The notes under the pieces: model-generated | The model's input: only the letters and a program-made list of their open reading frames with translations | What the model was told of the DNA's origin: nothing | Databases searched by the model: none | Program-made: the position numbers and the translations under genes | NCBI RefSeq assembly: GCF_018977255.1 | Contig: NW_024704743.1 | Location: forward strand, 29,142,001-29,206,000 | DNA: 64,000 nucleotides | Source: Callorhinchus milii | Taxonomy: Eukaryota | Direction: 5' to 3' | Part shown: in pieces, positions 38,701 to 51,050 of the stretch | Position numbering within the stretch: the first letter of the stretch is position 1 | How the letters are laid out: each line of letters starts with the position of its first letter

Positions 38701-39899
38701 CCCCCCCCCCCCACCACCCCCTCTTTAGCTTTGCGACGTGTAAGTAAGTTGCAATAACTGAATTGCATGATTTGATTGAAACGAAAGCGCCTGAGTGAGT
38801 ATCAGCTGTACCCACACGCACTGAGGTCGGTATTCCGCATTGCCTTAAGACTGGAAACGACCGCGTGAGTTTGATTTCATTTCATACTTGTTTTCAGTGA
38901 GAAGGATTTCTTTACTTTCGATTTTGCCTGGTCCATCCACACCCCCCCCCCCCCCACCCACCCCCCTTCCTTCTAGTTACCCCCACCCCACCCCCTCCCT
39001 CCACCCTCTCTTGCTTTTTACTTTCACTCCCGTTGTAACCCAAACGTCAGAATAAACTCACACTGGAAAGCTGGAGGTCACAGAATGATTATGGGGTTGG
39101 GTGGCCGACATTTTTTTCCCTAAATAAACACAGCTTGATTCAACATGGGTGGGCAAACGGGGCAATTTTGACAAATACGTCAGAGCGGGGAGGGTGGGTG
39201 TGGGGGGGGAGTGGGGGGGAGATGTGGGGGTGGGCAGTGGAGGCAGAGACAGAGTGAAAAGAAAACAGGAGCAGAGGGAGGGCACCTGGGGCTTCACAAA
39301 AACTGACTGTTACAGTCATCTTGACGATCAGTGAAAGGATGAGGTGGGAATGCAAGTTGAGAAACGTACAAGGCATAGCCACGAATATACCTAACTCTGC
39401 CTGATTTCTATTTTTTGTTGGGGAGGGGGAGGTCGGGGGGCGGGGGATGCTGAGGTGAGGTATCTAACTAAATTCAGAGCACGATCTCCATCTCCCAAAA
39501 GTCATTTCCAGCCATTTCAGGACTCTATATGTGACTCATTTTAAACCACTTTTTTTTCTCTTTATTCCCAATTGTAGGTAAGGGGGTAGGTGGGGGTGGG
39601 GGCGTACGCAAATATATATTTTTAAATGAAAGTACCAAAAATCGTGTCAAATTTAATAATCCTTATATAATAATAATAATAATATCAGGGGAAAAAAATG
39701 AAAACAAATGGCATTTAACTTCTGTGTTGGATGGTTAGCAAACGGTTGCAAATTTCACTTGATCGCATTTGTGACTCATATCATTCATTTACAATGAACC
39801 AAATGCTGAAAAAGGTATTTTGAAAAAAAAGCTAAACAAATCGTCCAGAAGCAGATTTCATTCCACTTGCCCACCGTGTTCTTACTGTGCTACTGTAAA

Positions 39900-41000
39900 A
39901 AAAAAATTCGAGGCGAAAATATAAACTTTGAAGGCGCACTCATTTCCCTTTGCTTGGCCTCCCCTGGTCGTCTGGGCTCAAGATGTATTTCGACTCGAGC
40001 ACAAACTCCACCTTCACCTCACGCTCTCATCGTGTTTTTTTCCCCCCACACTCCCTCCCTCCCTCCCTCCCTCCCTCCCTGTCCTTATCTTCGCCGCGTT
40101 CAATTTCGCGTGTCGACAAGAAGACACAAAAAAAAACAGTCGCTCGTTTGCAGATCCCTTTCCAACCACTCACTCACTCACTCACTCACTCTCCAAAATA
40201 AAAGACGAACAGCCCTATCGATTGCTGCCCCTCTGGTGCGGGATAAGTCCATCGCTGGGGGGGGGGCAAAGGCAAAGTCAAAACCTTGCGAGGCATTCTG
40301 ACCACGTTAATTCCCGCAGGTCTGGACTGTCTGTGCCGAGCGATGTGTCCTGTGTCACAGTCCTACCTTGGCTTCCCCTGACCCGTGGAAGGGCTTTCGG
40401 TGTTCCCGGAGGCATCGCGTCGCCAACACCATGATCTCATTGGGAAGGCCGGATACCCCAGAGAGGCCACGCCAGCAGTGCGCTCACTGGCCATTTCGGC
40501 GGCTTTAAGCGGTGGGAATCCGTCGTCCTGGTGCAGTTAAAGGCCGCCGGAGGGTGTCCCCATCCCTTGCCGATTGCTGGCCTGCGGACCACATAAAATA
40601 GCGGCGCCATTGCACGTTCCCTCCAGGTCCCATTTCATCCAGTTTTCCTTCTTTTACACGTAAACAAGATTTTTTTTTTAATCCCCGCGCCGCGCGTTAA
40701 AAAAAAAAGCAAGCCTTGTTTTTGGGGTGATGGAGTGGCGATTTCCTTTTGACTACAGCGCTGGGAGCAGTGGGGAAGTGTGAGCCGCTCTGACTCATTG
40801 AGTCTCACTTAATGCAGTCTGTGGCTGTTTGCGGCCACTCGCACACAACCTTCCTTCCACCTCTGAAATCCTGCAGAAACCACCGCGACGCTTTCTCGTT
40901 TTACTTATTTTTCCACCGGGCCAGGGAGGGAGGACAAATAAGACATTAAATCCGCGTTGCTTACCAGCTCTTTTGAGATGCTCTCGCTGTCGCACTGACC
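39900..41000. promoter_or_regulatory. CpG-rich segment between the FOXC1 and GMDS 3' ends
   Basis: Elevated GC and CG content, non-repetitive, no credible ORF. Confidence 0.45.
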
Positions 41001-42297
41001 TTTTGGTTAGCTGCCTTTAAAGAATACGCTCCCACATTCGGTTGACTTGTAACGAAGGTTGCGTTAAATGCTTGCAAACAGCCCACGATTTTCATTAACC
41101 CCGAAGCAGCTTGCACAGCATTCATCATTGCGTGTACAATTGTGATTTGGGTGGTGGGGGGCGGTTGTAAGGGGTCTTTGCAGGTAAACGTTCAAGATCA
41201 ATGGTTTAAGCGGGCTTCTCGTTGTTTTATGTGATGATCGATGGGAAGGAAAGCTGAATTTACAAACTGTACCTGCGCTAACAATCGTCTAAACTTTCTA
41301 ACCTAACTGCAGTGCAGAATCAACAGATTTACCATAACGTTGAAAAATAGCAGTCACCACTGTGTATTGTCTGCTCAGCCCTGTGAGGATTGCAGTAGCA
41401 GCTCTGTACTCTGTCAACGGTGCACGATTTCAAGTGCTCATTTCCTTGCCAATGGACTGCCAATAGAGAGAGACCTGCAGCTGATCTGTCCTCTGTCGCC
41501 GTGGTACTTCTGTATCCAGCACTCAACTTTCGCACAATATTACACTGCATTTCAAACAAACTAATGGGAGCTTTAATAGAAATTAGCGAAACCATTTAAT
41601 CCTTAAGTACAAGTGTAGCAATCCAAAGGTGCCCCAAAATATGCTTTTATTTTATTTTCCCAAGTGTCTGTGCAAAACGAGTGCGTATTGATGAACCTTT
41701 TACTCATAATTAGCTTATTGTTTTACGCCGTTTACAGAATGCTTTAAAGACACACTGTGTAGGTTGGATTTCACACACGAAGATCGGTGGCTGGAGTGGT
41801 TTGGTCGGCCGCTAGTTCCAGACTTGCATCTGCAGCAGAAATGCTCTTCAGATGCTCTATTAACCTGATTTCCTTTAGGAAGCATCGTCAGTGCCCGTGG
41901 AGAGACGGCAAGAGAGCGGTGTGAGAATGAGAGGTTACCAAGGAATGAAACTTCACTGTAACACCTGGGCAGACTGAATACATTAAAGAGACAATTCCTT
42001 TTGAAATCGCAGTCTGCACTTAATAACTGGTCTACCCAGACAAGTATTATTTCAGCGCCCCGGATACCTTCTTATAAACATTTGCAGCACTAATAAAATG
42101 TCTTCAAAGGAAAGAAATGGCATTTTTTTTATTTGTTGAGAGAGGTATTGCCTCTTCTCCTGTTAGAAAATTGTTTCGTGTTTTTTCCCCCCCTCCAAGA
42201 AACCGGTTGGTATATTGGAAAAGCTCCTGGAGGTTGAATAACAATTATTATTCTCTTTAATACGGACACGCGGTAAAATTGGCAGTACAGTGGTTTT

Positions 42298-42399
42298 AAT
42301 AATAAAAATAATAATTCTTGCATTTGATATATCCCTTATCACGTCGTTGAGATGGAATATATTGTAAAGTGGATTGACTGTGGATTTTGTGGGCGAAAC
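42298..42399 (-). mobile_element. SINE family A tail remnant
   Basis: aataattcttgcatttgatat...gtaaagtggattgactg...tgtgggcgaaac. Confidence 0.7.
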
Positions 42400-43504
42400 T
42401 TTTTTTTAGTGAAGTTAGGGAATTAAAATGCATTTACTAAAATCACAAACTGACTTGTTTTAATGCAAGTATACCTTCATAATTAAACGGGAATATTCTT
42501 GCAAATGTTATGGAGAACGAATCAACCTCGTCAAGCGCACCAGACGATTGATTGATACTGTATTTAAACTCAAGCTAGCGTTTTAGTTCAGTAAAAGTAT
42601 CAATTTATCCGCAAATAAAGGAATAAACAAGCACACAAAAGGCAAGTTAAGGATCTTTTGTCTCAACGTTTAGTTTGGATATGTAATTAGCACCAATTTA
42701 CAGGGCAAGTAATTAACAACACACAGACAAACATTTGTCCATTTAAATATGACATTTGATAATATTTAAGTATAACTTCAGATCCTATTAGCTATGTTAC
42801 TTGCACAAGTCAGCTGGTAAACTGTAATTTCTCCTTATTTCCCCGCAGCGCTATATAACAGCGCACACAGATCAACTCTACAGAGATTGCAGCGAGCAGC
42901 ACCTAACAGCGATATTTAATACTAATATTCAGTAGCGTGGTTTTGCCACCTACATTTCCAGATAGATCACAGTGCAAGCTTAATTGAATTTACAACGTGC
43001 AATAAAAATATTTGTGGGATATTTATTCTCCTCTCGGTTTCTTTTAATGACGGGTAATTGTTCAGCGAATACAAAGCGCACTTTTGCAGAAACACACAAT
43101 CTGAGCTGAAATATGAAAGGACGATTGAAACAGTATACGTTTCGCATGAATGCTGTTGCAAGCTGAAATTCTCTGGACCCACACGGGGATTGGAAACAGA
43201 GGAGCTCATGTGAGAACAAAAATCACCAACTGCTTTCAAGTTAATTGCATAAATTGGCCAGGGCGGTGTCATTTTTTTTTGTGTGTGTGTGTGTGGGGGG
43301 GGGGCTGGTGTTAGTTGGACGTGTCTAACATTCCGGGGTCTCACTAGATATAGGAAAAGGTGAAGCAAGGATAGTTGCTGGAAATCTCGGGGAAGTTCAA
43401 CAAGGACCTGTTGGTTGCCACCTGAACTTGTGGAAAGTTCACTGATATAAAGGCAGTCATCCCAATGCAACCTGCAAAGGCAACCCACCCCCTCCTCTCT
43501 CTCA

Positions 43505-43543
<39 letters not shown>

Positions 43544-46296
43544 AACGTGTGTCCAGTTCACTTGTTATTATTACGCCAGGAAGCGGGAACGTTTTCTATT
43601 TATTTGCAGATCGTGTGTCTGTCTGTCTCGGGGTGTTTTCCCCCTCTCTCACTTGTGAAAGAAACCACACCTCGCCTCAGCACAGCCACAAACGCAACTG
43701 AGCGAGTTTGGCAAGAAGTGAAACAGGGAATGAATCTGCCTTGCACCTGCAATTGAGAAATAGTTAAGCGGCCTCACCTACATGACTCTAAGGTATACCG
43801 ATATGTAGTCATATATATATATATATATATATATTAATCACAGAAAGAGGCGACATATTTTACTCGATCATATTTTTCTCTCTCTCTGTCTCGTCACAGC
43901 AGTGCAAACGATGTTTGAAAACCACCCCATCCCGATACATGTTTCCTGAACGTGAACACCTCTCGATTTTTTAAACGCTCTTTTAAACTACAGTGATTTA
44001 AGTAACAGTGAATGATGGTCTCTGGTCTGTGAACGCGAGGCCAATTAATGTTCTCCACCACAAACGTGCAGCTCGTATCCAATGCCCCCTTCTTATTCCA
44101 GCCTCTTTTTTTTCGAGAGAACAATCCATTTTCGGTGAATGGCACCCAAAATGAGGGGTTTCTTACCGCCTTTTCACGAGTTTGAAAACCGTCCCAATAT
44201 CCAACACAAGTTCCACTCAGTAGTGCAGCGATTTTAAGAATATTTCCGGGTCATTTATTAAGATTGAAATAACAAATATTGAATTAAGGAACATTAACAA
44301 TCCTTGAAAAGGACATTCGATCTGAAATGTGTGTGTGTGTGTATAAGTACATTAAAGTGTATGCAATACCCTTATTGCTGATTTGGGTGCAAAGTTAATA
44401 TATAGCAGTTAATTGGCGTGTTTTCACGACCCTGGAACAGCGACTTTCAAATGAACGAATGTCTGATAATATACATAACACGTCTGGAGCTGCCGAGGCT
44501 TTTCTGCAGACAGAGCTGTCCTTTTGGTGTTCGTTGTAAACAGTGCGCATTGGGTGTGTCCGTTGGGTGTTTTGGGGATAAATAAATTAGAACCGAATAC
44601 ACTAACCGCTAACGAAAGCACAAGCCGCAGAAAATGCAGTCACAATGTGCACGGGATAAGGGGAAGGTCGGAATAGAAAGTGCCTGAAAAAAACACACAC
44701 ACACACACACACACACACAGAATAACAAATGTATTCTCTGCGGACAAGGCTTCCTTTCACCAGTTGAGGGCAACTGTGGTCAGGCAGAATTTGAGGCAGG
44801 TTCGATTTTCCATGGAAGTAGGGGCACAGTGCACAAAACCAAGGAGAGGCTCAACGTGCTTTTTTTTTGTTGCTGGGGGGAAAAAAAAACGACGCCTGCG
44901 ACATTATATTTATGCATATCGAAATGCTGGACAATCTAACGCATAAATAGATGCGAGGGATGCATTTATTTGCGATGCTACCCCGAATCGTACGCTTTCA
45001 GCTTTTTCAAAACCACAGGAGCGGTGTGCAGCCTTTTAAGTAAATATAACTGGGGGGGGAAAAAAAGTTGCCTGCACCTGTATCAAGGCTGTTGTAAGCT
45101 GGTGTATTTTTTTCCAGACTTTGGCGATGCCCACTGACATATGTTACCAATTAAACTCAATAAGGCCCACTGTCTGACTACTGGGAACTGTGGCCTGTTA
45201 AAAGGTGTTCTGTTAATAAACTAAATCAACCGAATCTCTTTTCGTGGGGCAAAACGTGCTGTGAATTTAAATGCATCAAATAATACTACTGTATTTCCCA
45301 GTTGCCGCAACACTACATATCGAATTGGCACCTCTTTGCCGCATAGACAAACGGGGTATAAGAGGATGGTCTTAAGTAACCAGAGAGACGCGTTGAGGCA
45401 TCTGTTTTAAGAAAAGGACAAGTTCAGTGACATTCGGCAAAATCAGTCTGAATCTACACATGTTGCAGAGAGCGAAAACCCTTCTTTATTGGAGAGAAAC
45501 AGCTTCCAACAGGAGCAGTGTTTGCCTCGTTAATCCCGTCCCCCGCAACACTGTCAGTGTGAGATGTTTCTCTTCCATTTCTCGTATGATATGGAAACAG
45601 ACGAAGCTGTTTCTTGTATTCAAACGCAGCAGCGCTTAACGGGAGCACAACATAAACAGACGTGAAAAGTAACCCAAAACTTCCCAGTGGCTGCGAGGGG
45701 TGGATTTTCCTGCGAGCGTCCGTGGACAAAAAAAAGGAAATGCAATAACTGAAGGCATTTTGGATAACACCAAGACTCGCTGCCTTTCGGTCCCAGTTCC
45801 ACACATTAGACAGATTGTACTCTTCAAGTCTTAAACTCTATTCAAACACGGGCTGATCTTTTCTCGGGGTTTCGGGGACGTGGGGGGGGGGGGGGACCAT
45901 GTAAAATACCCGAAGATAAATTTTATTTTGAAGCTCATCTTTAAAAGGTGTCTGGTTAATTTAATTTAAGTTAATTTCAAAAGATCCCATATAAAGAACA
46001 GTAGCTAACAGTGAGAGGGTGTTTGTGGTGGTCCATGTGGAAGGAAGTAGTTTTCTTTTTTTTTGGGGGGGAGGTGGGGGTATCCGGATGCAGGATAAAC
46101 TACGATTCAGTGAATACCCTGGAAAATTGGAGCGAAAGAAAACTCTGCGGATAAAATGTCACATAAACCCGGTCTCCTGTACTCACCCCCCAAAAAGGAA
46201 CCCTTCATTTGACCAGAAAAACGTTTGAAAACAAAATTGAATTACCTTGCCTGAAACTTTCTCTTTTTTAATTTCAAAGTAGTCAAGCAGGGTGAT

Positions 46297-46451
46297 CTGT
46301 TTGTGTGTGTCTGTGTGTGTCTGTATCTGTGTCTGTATCTGTGTGTGTGTGTCTGTGTTTGTGTGTGTCAGTGTGTGTGTGTCTGTGTGTGTGTCTGTGT
46401 GTTTGTGTGTGTGTTTGTGTGTGTGTGTGTCTGTGTGTGTGTCTGTGTGTT

Positions 46452-46482
<31 letters not shown>

Positions 46483-46713
46483 CTGTGTGTTTGTGTGTGT
46501 CTGTGTGTGTGTGTCTGTGTGTGTGTGTGTGTGTGTCAGTGTGTGTGTGTCTGTGTGTGTCTGTGTTTGTGTGTCTGTGTGTGTGTGTGTCTGTGTGTTT
46601 GTCTGTGTCTGTGTGTGTGTGTGTCAGTGTGTGTGTGTTTGTGTGTGTGTGTGTGTCAGTGTGTGTGTGTGTGTCTGTGTGTGTGTGTGTGTCTGTGTGT
46701 GTGTGTGTGTGTG
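46297..46713. repeat. Long imperfect (TG)n microsatellite, ~415 bp
   Basis: Continuous tg repeats interrupted by tc, tt and tca variants; explains the CV/HT-repeat ORFs. Confidence 0.95.
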
Positions 46714-47101
46714 TTAAATGCTTCATCAAAACTCCGCTTGTCACTGGGGTTTAATTAGAGGAAGCGAGGAGCGGAATTGGGAGCTGCAGGTTCAATGGTG
46801 TGAAATACAGAGAGATCCTTTATGATGACTGCGTTTGCCTTCGCTCCACCCCGAAATTGTTCCTATTCACATCCACAAGCCTTCATTAAGGTTTCCAAGC
46901 CATTTCTTTTGCTGTGCCAGGGAAAACTGAGTCCGTTTTGTCCTTCCTCCCCAAACCCTACAAGTTCGGTGAATGTGTGGATTCTGTGTGTGAGCGACTC
47001 TCTTTATATGCGAAGTTGCTTTGGAGATCACAGGTCTGCAGCGCGGCGCTGGGCGTTTCTCTCTGAACGACTCAAACGAAGGCAATGGCAATTTCTGAAA
47101 A

Positions 47102-47107
47102 TTTATT
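47102..47107 (-). terminator. Candidate GMDS polyadenylation signal (AATAAA)
   Basis: tttatt on + is AATAAA on -, about 510 nt downstream of the GMDS stop. No transcript data. Confidence 0.5.
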
Positions 47108-47616
47108 ACTCATCAAGAGGCCAAAGAACGGAAAGATGTTGCACAGCTTGTAATGCAAACAGATTTTTTAAAAAAAACCCCGACCCGTAGAGAATATTTC
47201 CTTCAACGTGCATTTCAAAATAAAAAAAAATTTTACACACACACAGGAACGCATACAAACGTGTCGCCTTCCCACAATCTCCATTAAAATGCATCCACCC
47301 ACATCACACAATCAGAGGTCCCAATTAAAAGCAGACTGAAGGAAAAGAATAATCCAATCCTTTTAACATGATTCGTGTTATATTATCCCATACGAAGGTT
47401 CAAACTCACAGTCACACGAAAATAAAATCAGCCCATTCCGATTCGTTCAATTGCAGATTGCTCAAACCATTTATATTCTTCATTTGAGCTGAGCTTGAAT
47501 TGCAATTCTACCACCACCCCATTGCATCCAGCGTTTCGGGAACGTTAAGAGTTAAAGAGCACACATTCGGGTCCCTCGTGGCCTTCGTGGTCCCGAACTG
47601 TGTCGGGACCTGAAAC

Positions 47617-47679
47617 TCAGGCGTTTGGATTGGTCTTCATGAGCTCAATGTCAGCGCCCACCATCTCCTCCACCAGCTC
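47617..47679 (-). CDS. GMDS: GDP-mannose 4,6-dehydratase, last coding exon (ELVEEMVGADIELMKTNPNA*)
   Basis: tgtgcAG acceptor at 47680-47681, 20 codons, then TGA at 47617-47619. Matches the vertebrate GMDS end ELVREMVHADVELMRTNPNA and is in frame with the 69-nt exon across a 484-nt GT-AG intron. Confidence 0.95.
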   Translation of the reverse strand, partial: ELVEEMVGADIELMKTNPNA

Positions 47680-48163
47680 CTGCACACAAGCAAAGCGCCA
47701 TCAGCTCGACCCCAGTCATTCACAGCCACAACAGCCCCAGTCTGCAAACCAGCACCGAGCAGTGCACACACTACACTACACTACACACACGCACAGAGCC
47801 ACAGAGGGCACCAAACGTGACCAAAAAAAATAATACACACATATAGCAATCGCAGGCTATAACCACTGTTTGGAGTGCTCACATATGTCGCGCTTATCCA
47901 TCCTTCCTCGCTGGATAATACGTTTAGAAAATTCCCCCCCAAAAAGTGAAACTAAATGATGGGGCGAACTGGTGAGTGAGTGAGTGAGTGAGAGAGAGAG
48001 TGAGTGAGTGAGGAGGGAGAGTCTGCTCTGCCCGGGGGCTCCAGGGCTACTCGCCACGTACGTGTTTCGCACAGCTCCACACACTGTTTGGGGAGTGGGG
48101 GGGTTGAACTTTCGAGCAATTTCATTTGCGTTGTTGCTCTTAACGCCCGGGAGTGATACTCAC

Positions 48164-48232
48164 GTCAAATGTAACTTTTGGTTTCCATCCCAGCTTCTGC
48201 AGAGCTTTGGTGCTGTCTCCTTGGAGAAAATC
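48164..48232 (-). CDS. GMDS: GDP-mannose 4,6-dehydratase, penultimate coding exon (69 nt, DFLQGDSTKALQKLGWKPKVTFD)
   Basis: On the minus strand a pyrimidine tract and ttctgcAG acceptor precede GAT, and a GTGAGT donor follows GAC (phase 0 at both ends). The peptide matches the GMDS C-terminal motif [23 protein letters not shown]. Confidence 0.95.
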
Positions 48233-48295
48233 CTGCAGAAAAAACAAATACAGGTCACCGTCAATTGCACTGCCTAATAGTTTGGATTTTTTTTT

Positions 48296-48336
<41 letters not shown>

Positions 48337-49059
48337 GAATATCGTTGTATTTTAATGAACAGCCCCATAGCAGCTCAACTTGTGCTTGCAAAACGGTTCT
48401 CTCAACAAACTCCCACAAAGAGCTGAATGAGGGTAACTGAGCCCCATGGCAGCCTCATTCATTCACTCACTCCCTCCCTCCCTCCCTCCCTCCTTCTCTC
48501 CCTCCTTCTCTGGTTAAGGTCAGAGGTAACCCAGGGGTCGAGTTAATGACAGGTATCATCCTGAACTCATCCCCCTCTGTCGCTCACACTTGCCAAGCCA
48601 AGAGCCAAGTTTTGATCCCCAGCCACTTGACTTTATTTTGTCTTCGAGCTAATGCATGCAAATTCAACATCAACAAACACCCAGTCAAAAGCTACCCTTC
48701 TTCCAATTATTATTCCGCGTGTTATTTCTCGGAGAACCCACGTGCAAATAAGACAAAAAAAAGGGTCGCTTTGGGCAGAAAGCAATATTTTTAGGTGAGC
48801 GCGTTTTTTTTAAAAAAATCGGCCGCACAATTACAGTTTGTGTTTTAACGGGAGCTGGGAGCTACGAGAAACGCTTCAGAAATACTGAGTCCGCTGAGGG
48901 AGTAAGATACACGTCGCTGCACGGAGCAAGGCAAAGCAGTGTGCTGACTGCTACAGAACCTTGTCCGTGATCTGAATTTATTTCACTGCAGTCGGTATTG
49001 CAGTAAAAACCCTGACTTCCAAATCCCGGATTAACTGCACACACACAGCCCCGGACTGT

Positions 49060-49420
49060 GTGTTGGCAAGTTTATTAGACTGCAAGGAGCACCATAACCT
49101 AAGACTAATCCGATCCTCACCGACTTCCACACATTAGTTATTGGCGGTATCACTAGATAACGATCAGCAGGAGGAAATCCGTCTGATTTTCCCCTCCCCG
49201 CTCAGGGGTTCTGAGGGCAATTGCTGTGCCCCAAGCTTTAACACTTTTGCCCACAAAATACCCAGCCAATTCACTTTACAGTATATTCGTGAAGCGCTTT
49301 GAGACGTCGCAACGACATGATAAGGCTTTATATCAAATGCAAGGATTATTATTATTGTTTATTAATACTGGGTGAGATCCGATAACTCAGCGCAGGCAGA
49401 AGATTGCATTTGGGCACCTC
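49060..49420 (-). mobile_element. Family B repeat (minus) interrupted by a family A tail (+, ~49245-49355)
   Basis: atccgatcctcacc...ctgattttcccctcc...gagggcaattg...gagatccgataactcagc is the reverse of family B motifs, with a family A tail in the middle. Confidence 0.5.
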
Positions 49421-49916
49421 CTGATTTGCATGGCTCGATGAGGAACCTCCTAGTTTTAATCATACAATCAAGACTCAGAAATAGAGTCAGCTACTTTTTA
49501 TCACTTGGTTCCAGGACCTTTATTTACTGAAAGTGTCCGCCATCTGCTTGCAAAACAAATACCGATTTGTAGTTTCTAAATGCTCCCCACACCCCACCCC
49601 AATTTATTCACTCAGCTCTTGTGATGTATCCATACATAAAAATGGTACAAAATAATGGGTTATTAATTAAATCCTAGGAAAACGCATGGATTCCAATTCT
49701 GCCTGCTGGTTTGCCACATTAACTGTGCCTCAAAGAAATTTACAATTCATTTTGAGGTGTGAGATATACAACATTCAAGTGACTAAATATATTGCAGAGG
49801 TAGAGTGATAGGGCAGAAGTTCAACTACTTGCCATATAACCCTAAACCCCACTATGTCTTTTACAGGATTAATTTATATACAGATCACTTGCCATAATGC
49901 TAAACTATCACATAAT

Positions 49917-50012
49917 CAAAACAGAAGTCACTGGGAACACTCAGCAGGTCAGGCAGCATCTATGGAGAGAGGAAAGTGGTTTACGTTTCAGGTCGATGAT
50001 ATTTCGTTAGAC
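49917..50012 (-). mobile_element. Short remnant resembling the terminal repeat of chondrichthyan Penelope-like elements
   Basis: aaaacagaa...actcagcaggtcaggcagcatct.tggagaga...acgtttcaggtcgatga resembles, from memory, a very common shark repeat terminus. Confidence 0.5.
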
Positions 50013-50789
50013 GGACTATACTGAGCTATCTTTTAGATAAGAAAACATATATTCAGGGTACCCAGGAGTTATCCAATCAGGAACCAGCAACCGAGGAGAT
50101 AAGATGATACATTTGAGGCAGACAGAAGGTAACAAGGTTTGTTTCTCACAAGGTAGGTGATCTGGAATGCACCATCACTGTCAACGTATTGCCCAATGTC
50201 AGGCTGTCATTTAAGAAGGTTTTAAAGCTGTGCAATTATATTTGTTTGTGTACCTACACACACACCCACATACACACCTATATACAAACATATGTATATT
50301 CATCTGTAATTAAGTACCTCAGAGGAGCATATACTGAATGAGGTCAACTCAGGCCATTGCTTAGGTGTTTATCAGTGTGTGGGAGGTGATTTTTTGTTCA
50401 CAACCCAATTAGAAAAACTATGCTTATTGCTATTGTGCAATGTGTTAGTAATTCAAGAAGAAGAGCGTTAATTACAATGATTGCTGAGGTTGCTGTACGT
50501 GCCGGAATCCAGGTAATTATTTTGCTATCACTATGACAACAGTTACCTCACCAATCACACTACAAGTTACAGGTGATCATAAGGAAATTGCAGATGAAAT
50601 CATGCTACAGGTTGCTACTAGCTCTTTTTAACTGATAAAACCATCGACTATATAGACCAATTATCTTGTGTAGCCAGCAGTCAGCTGTACCATCTAGGAG
50701 GCATAACAGTCACAAGTTGAATGGTTGATTTATCTGGAGGATTTTTGGCCAGCATACTGGGAGGAAACTCCATTCTTTTTCTCCAACTA

Positions 50790-51050
50790 AAAACTACACA
50801 GTCACCACAATTCACAGTAAATCATGCAAATCACTTTGAGACATCTTGATGATATGATAAGGCACTATATTAAATGTAAGGATTATTATTAATTGTAATA
50901 ATAGGGTCAAGGGATCTTTAATATCTATCTGAATTCAGATTAATGCTTCAGTCTCTTCTTCCCTTCCCCAAGAGTTAACCCAGTTGATCAGTTGAAGTCC
51001 TGATGTGGGCTTGAACCTACAATCTTTTGACCCAGCGGTGAGAGTACCAC
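50790..51050. mobile_element. Family A tail (+) followed by an old SINE head fragment (-)
   Basis: cactttgagacatc...aaggattattatt, then gggatctttaatatc...aagtcctgatgtgggcttgaacctacaatcttttgac. Confidence 0.6.

Noticed and set aside
42967..43539. 190-aa minus-strand ORF
   Set aside because: Starts in a (TG)n repeat at a non-ATG codon, with no recognisable domain or convincing splice structure.
46283..46758. 141-153 aa Cys/Val- or His/Thr-rich ORFs
   Set aside because: Translations of a (TG)n microsatellite; the same applies to the ORFs at 29919-30445 and 32076-32363.
48140..48418. 92-aa ORF containing the GMDS peptide treated as one unit
   Set aside because: Only 48164-48232 is exon, bounded by AG/GT; the rest is intron that happens to be in frame.
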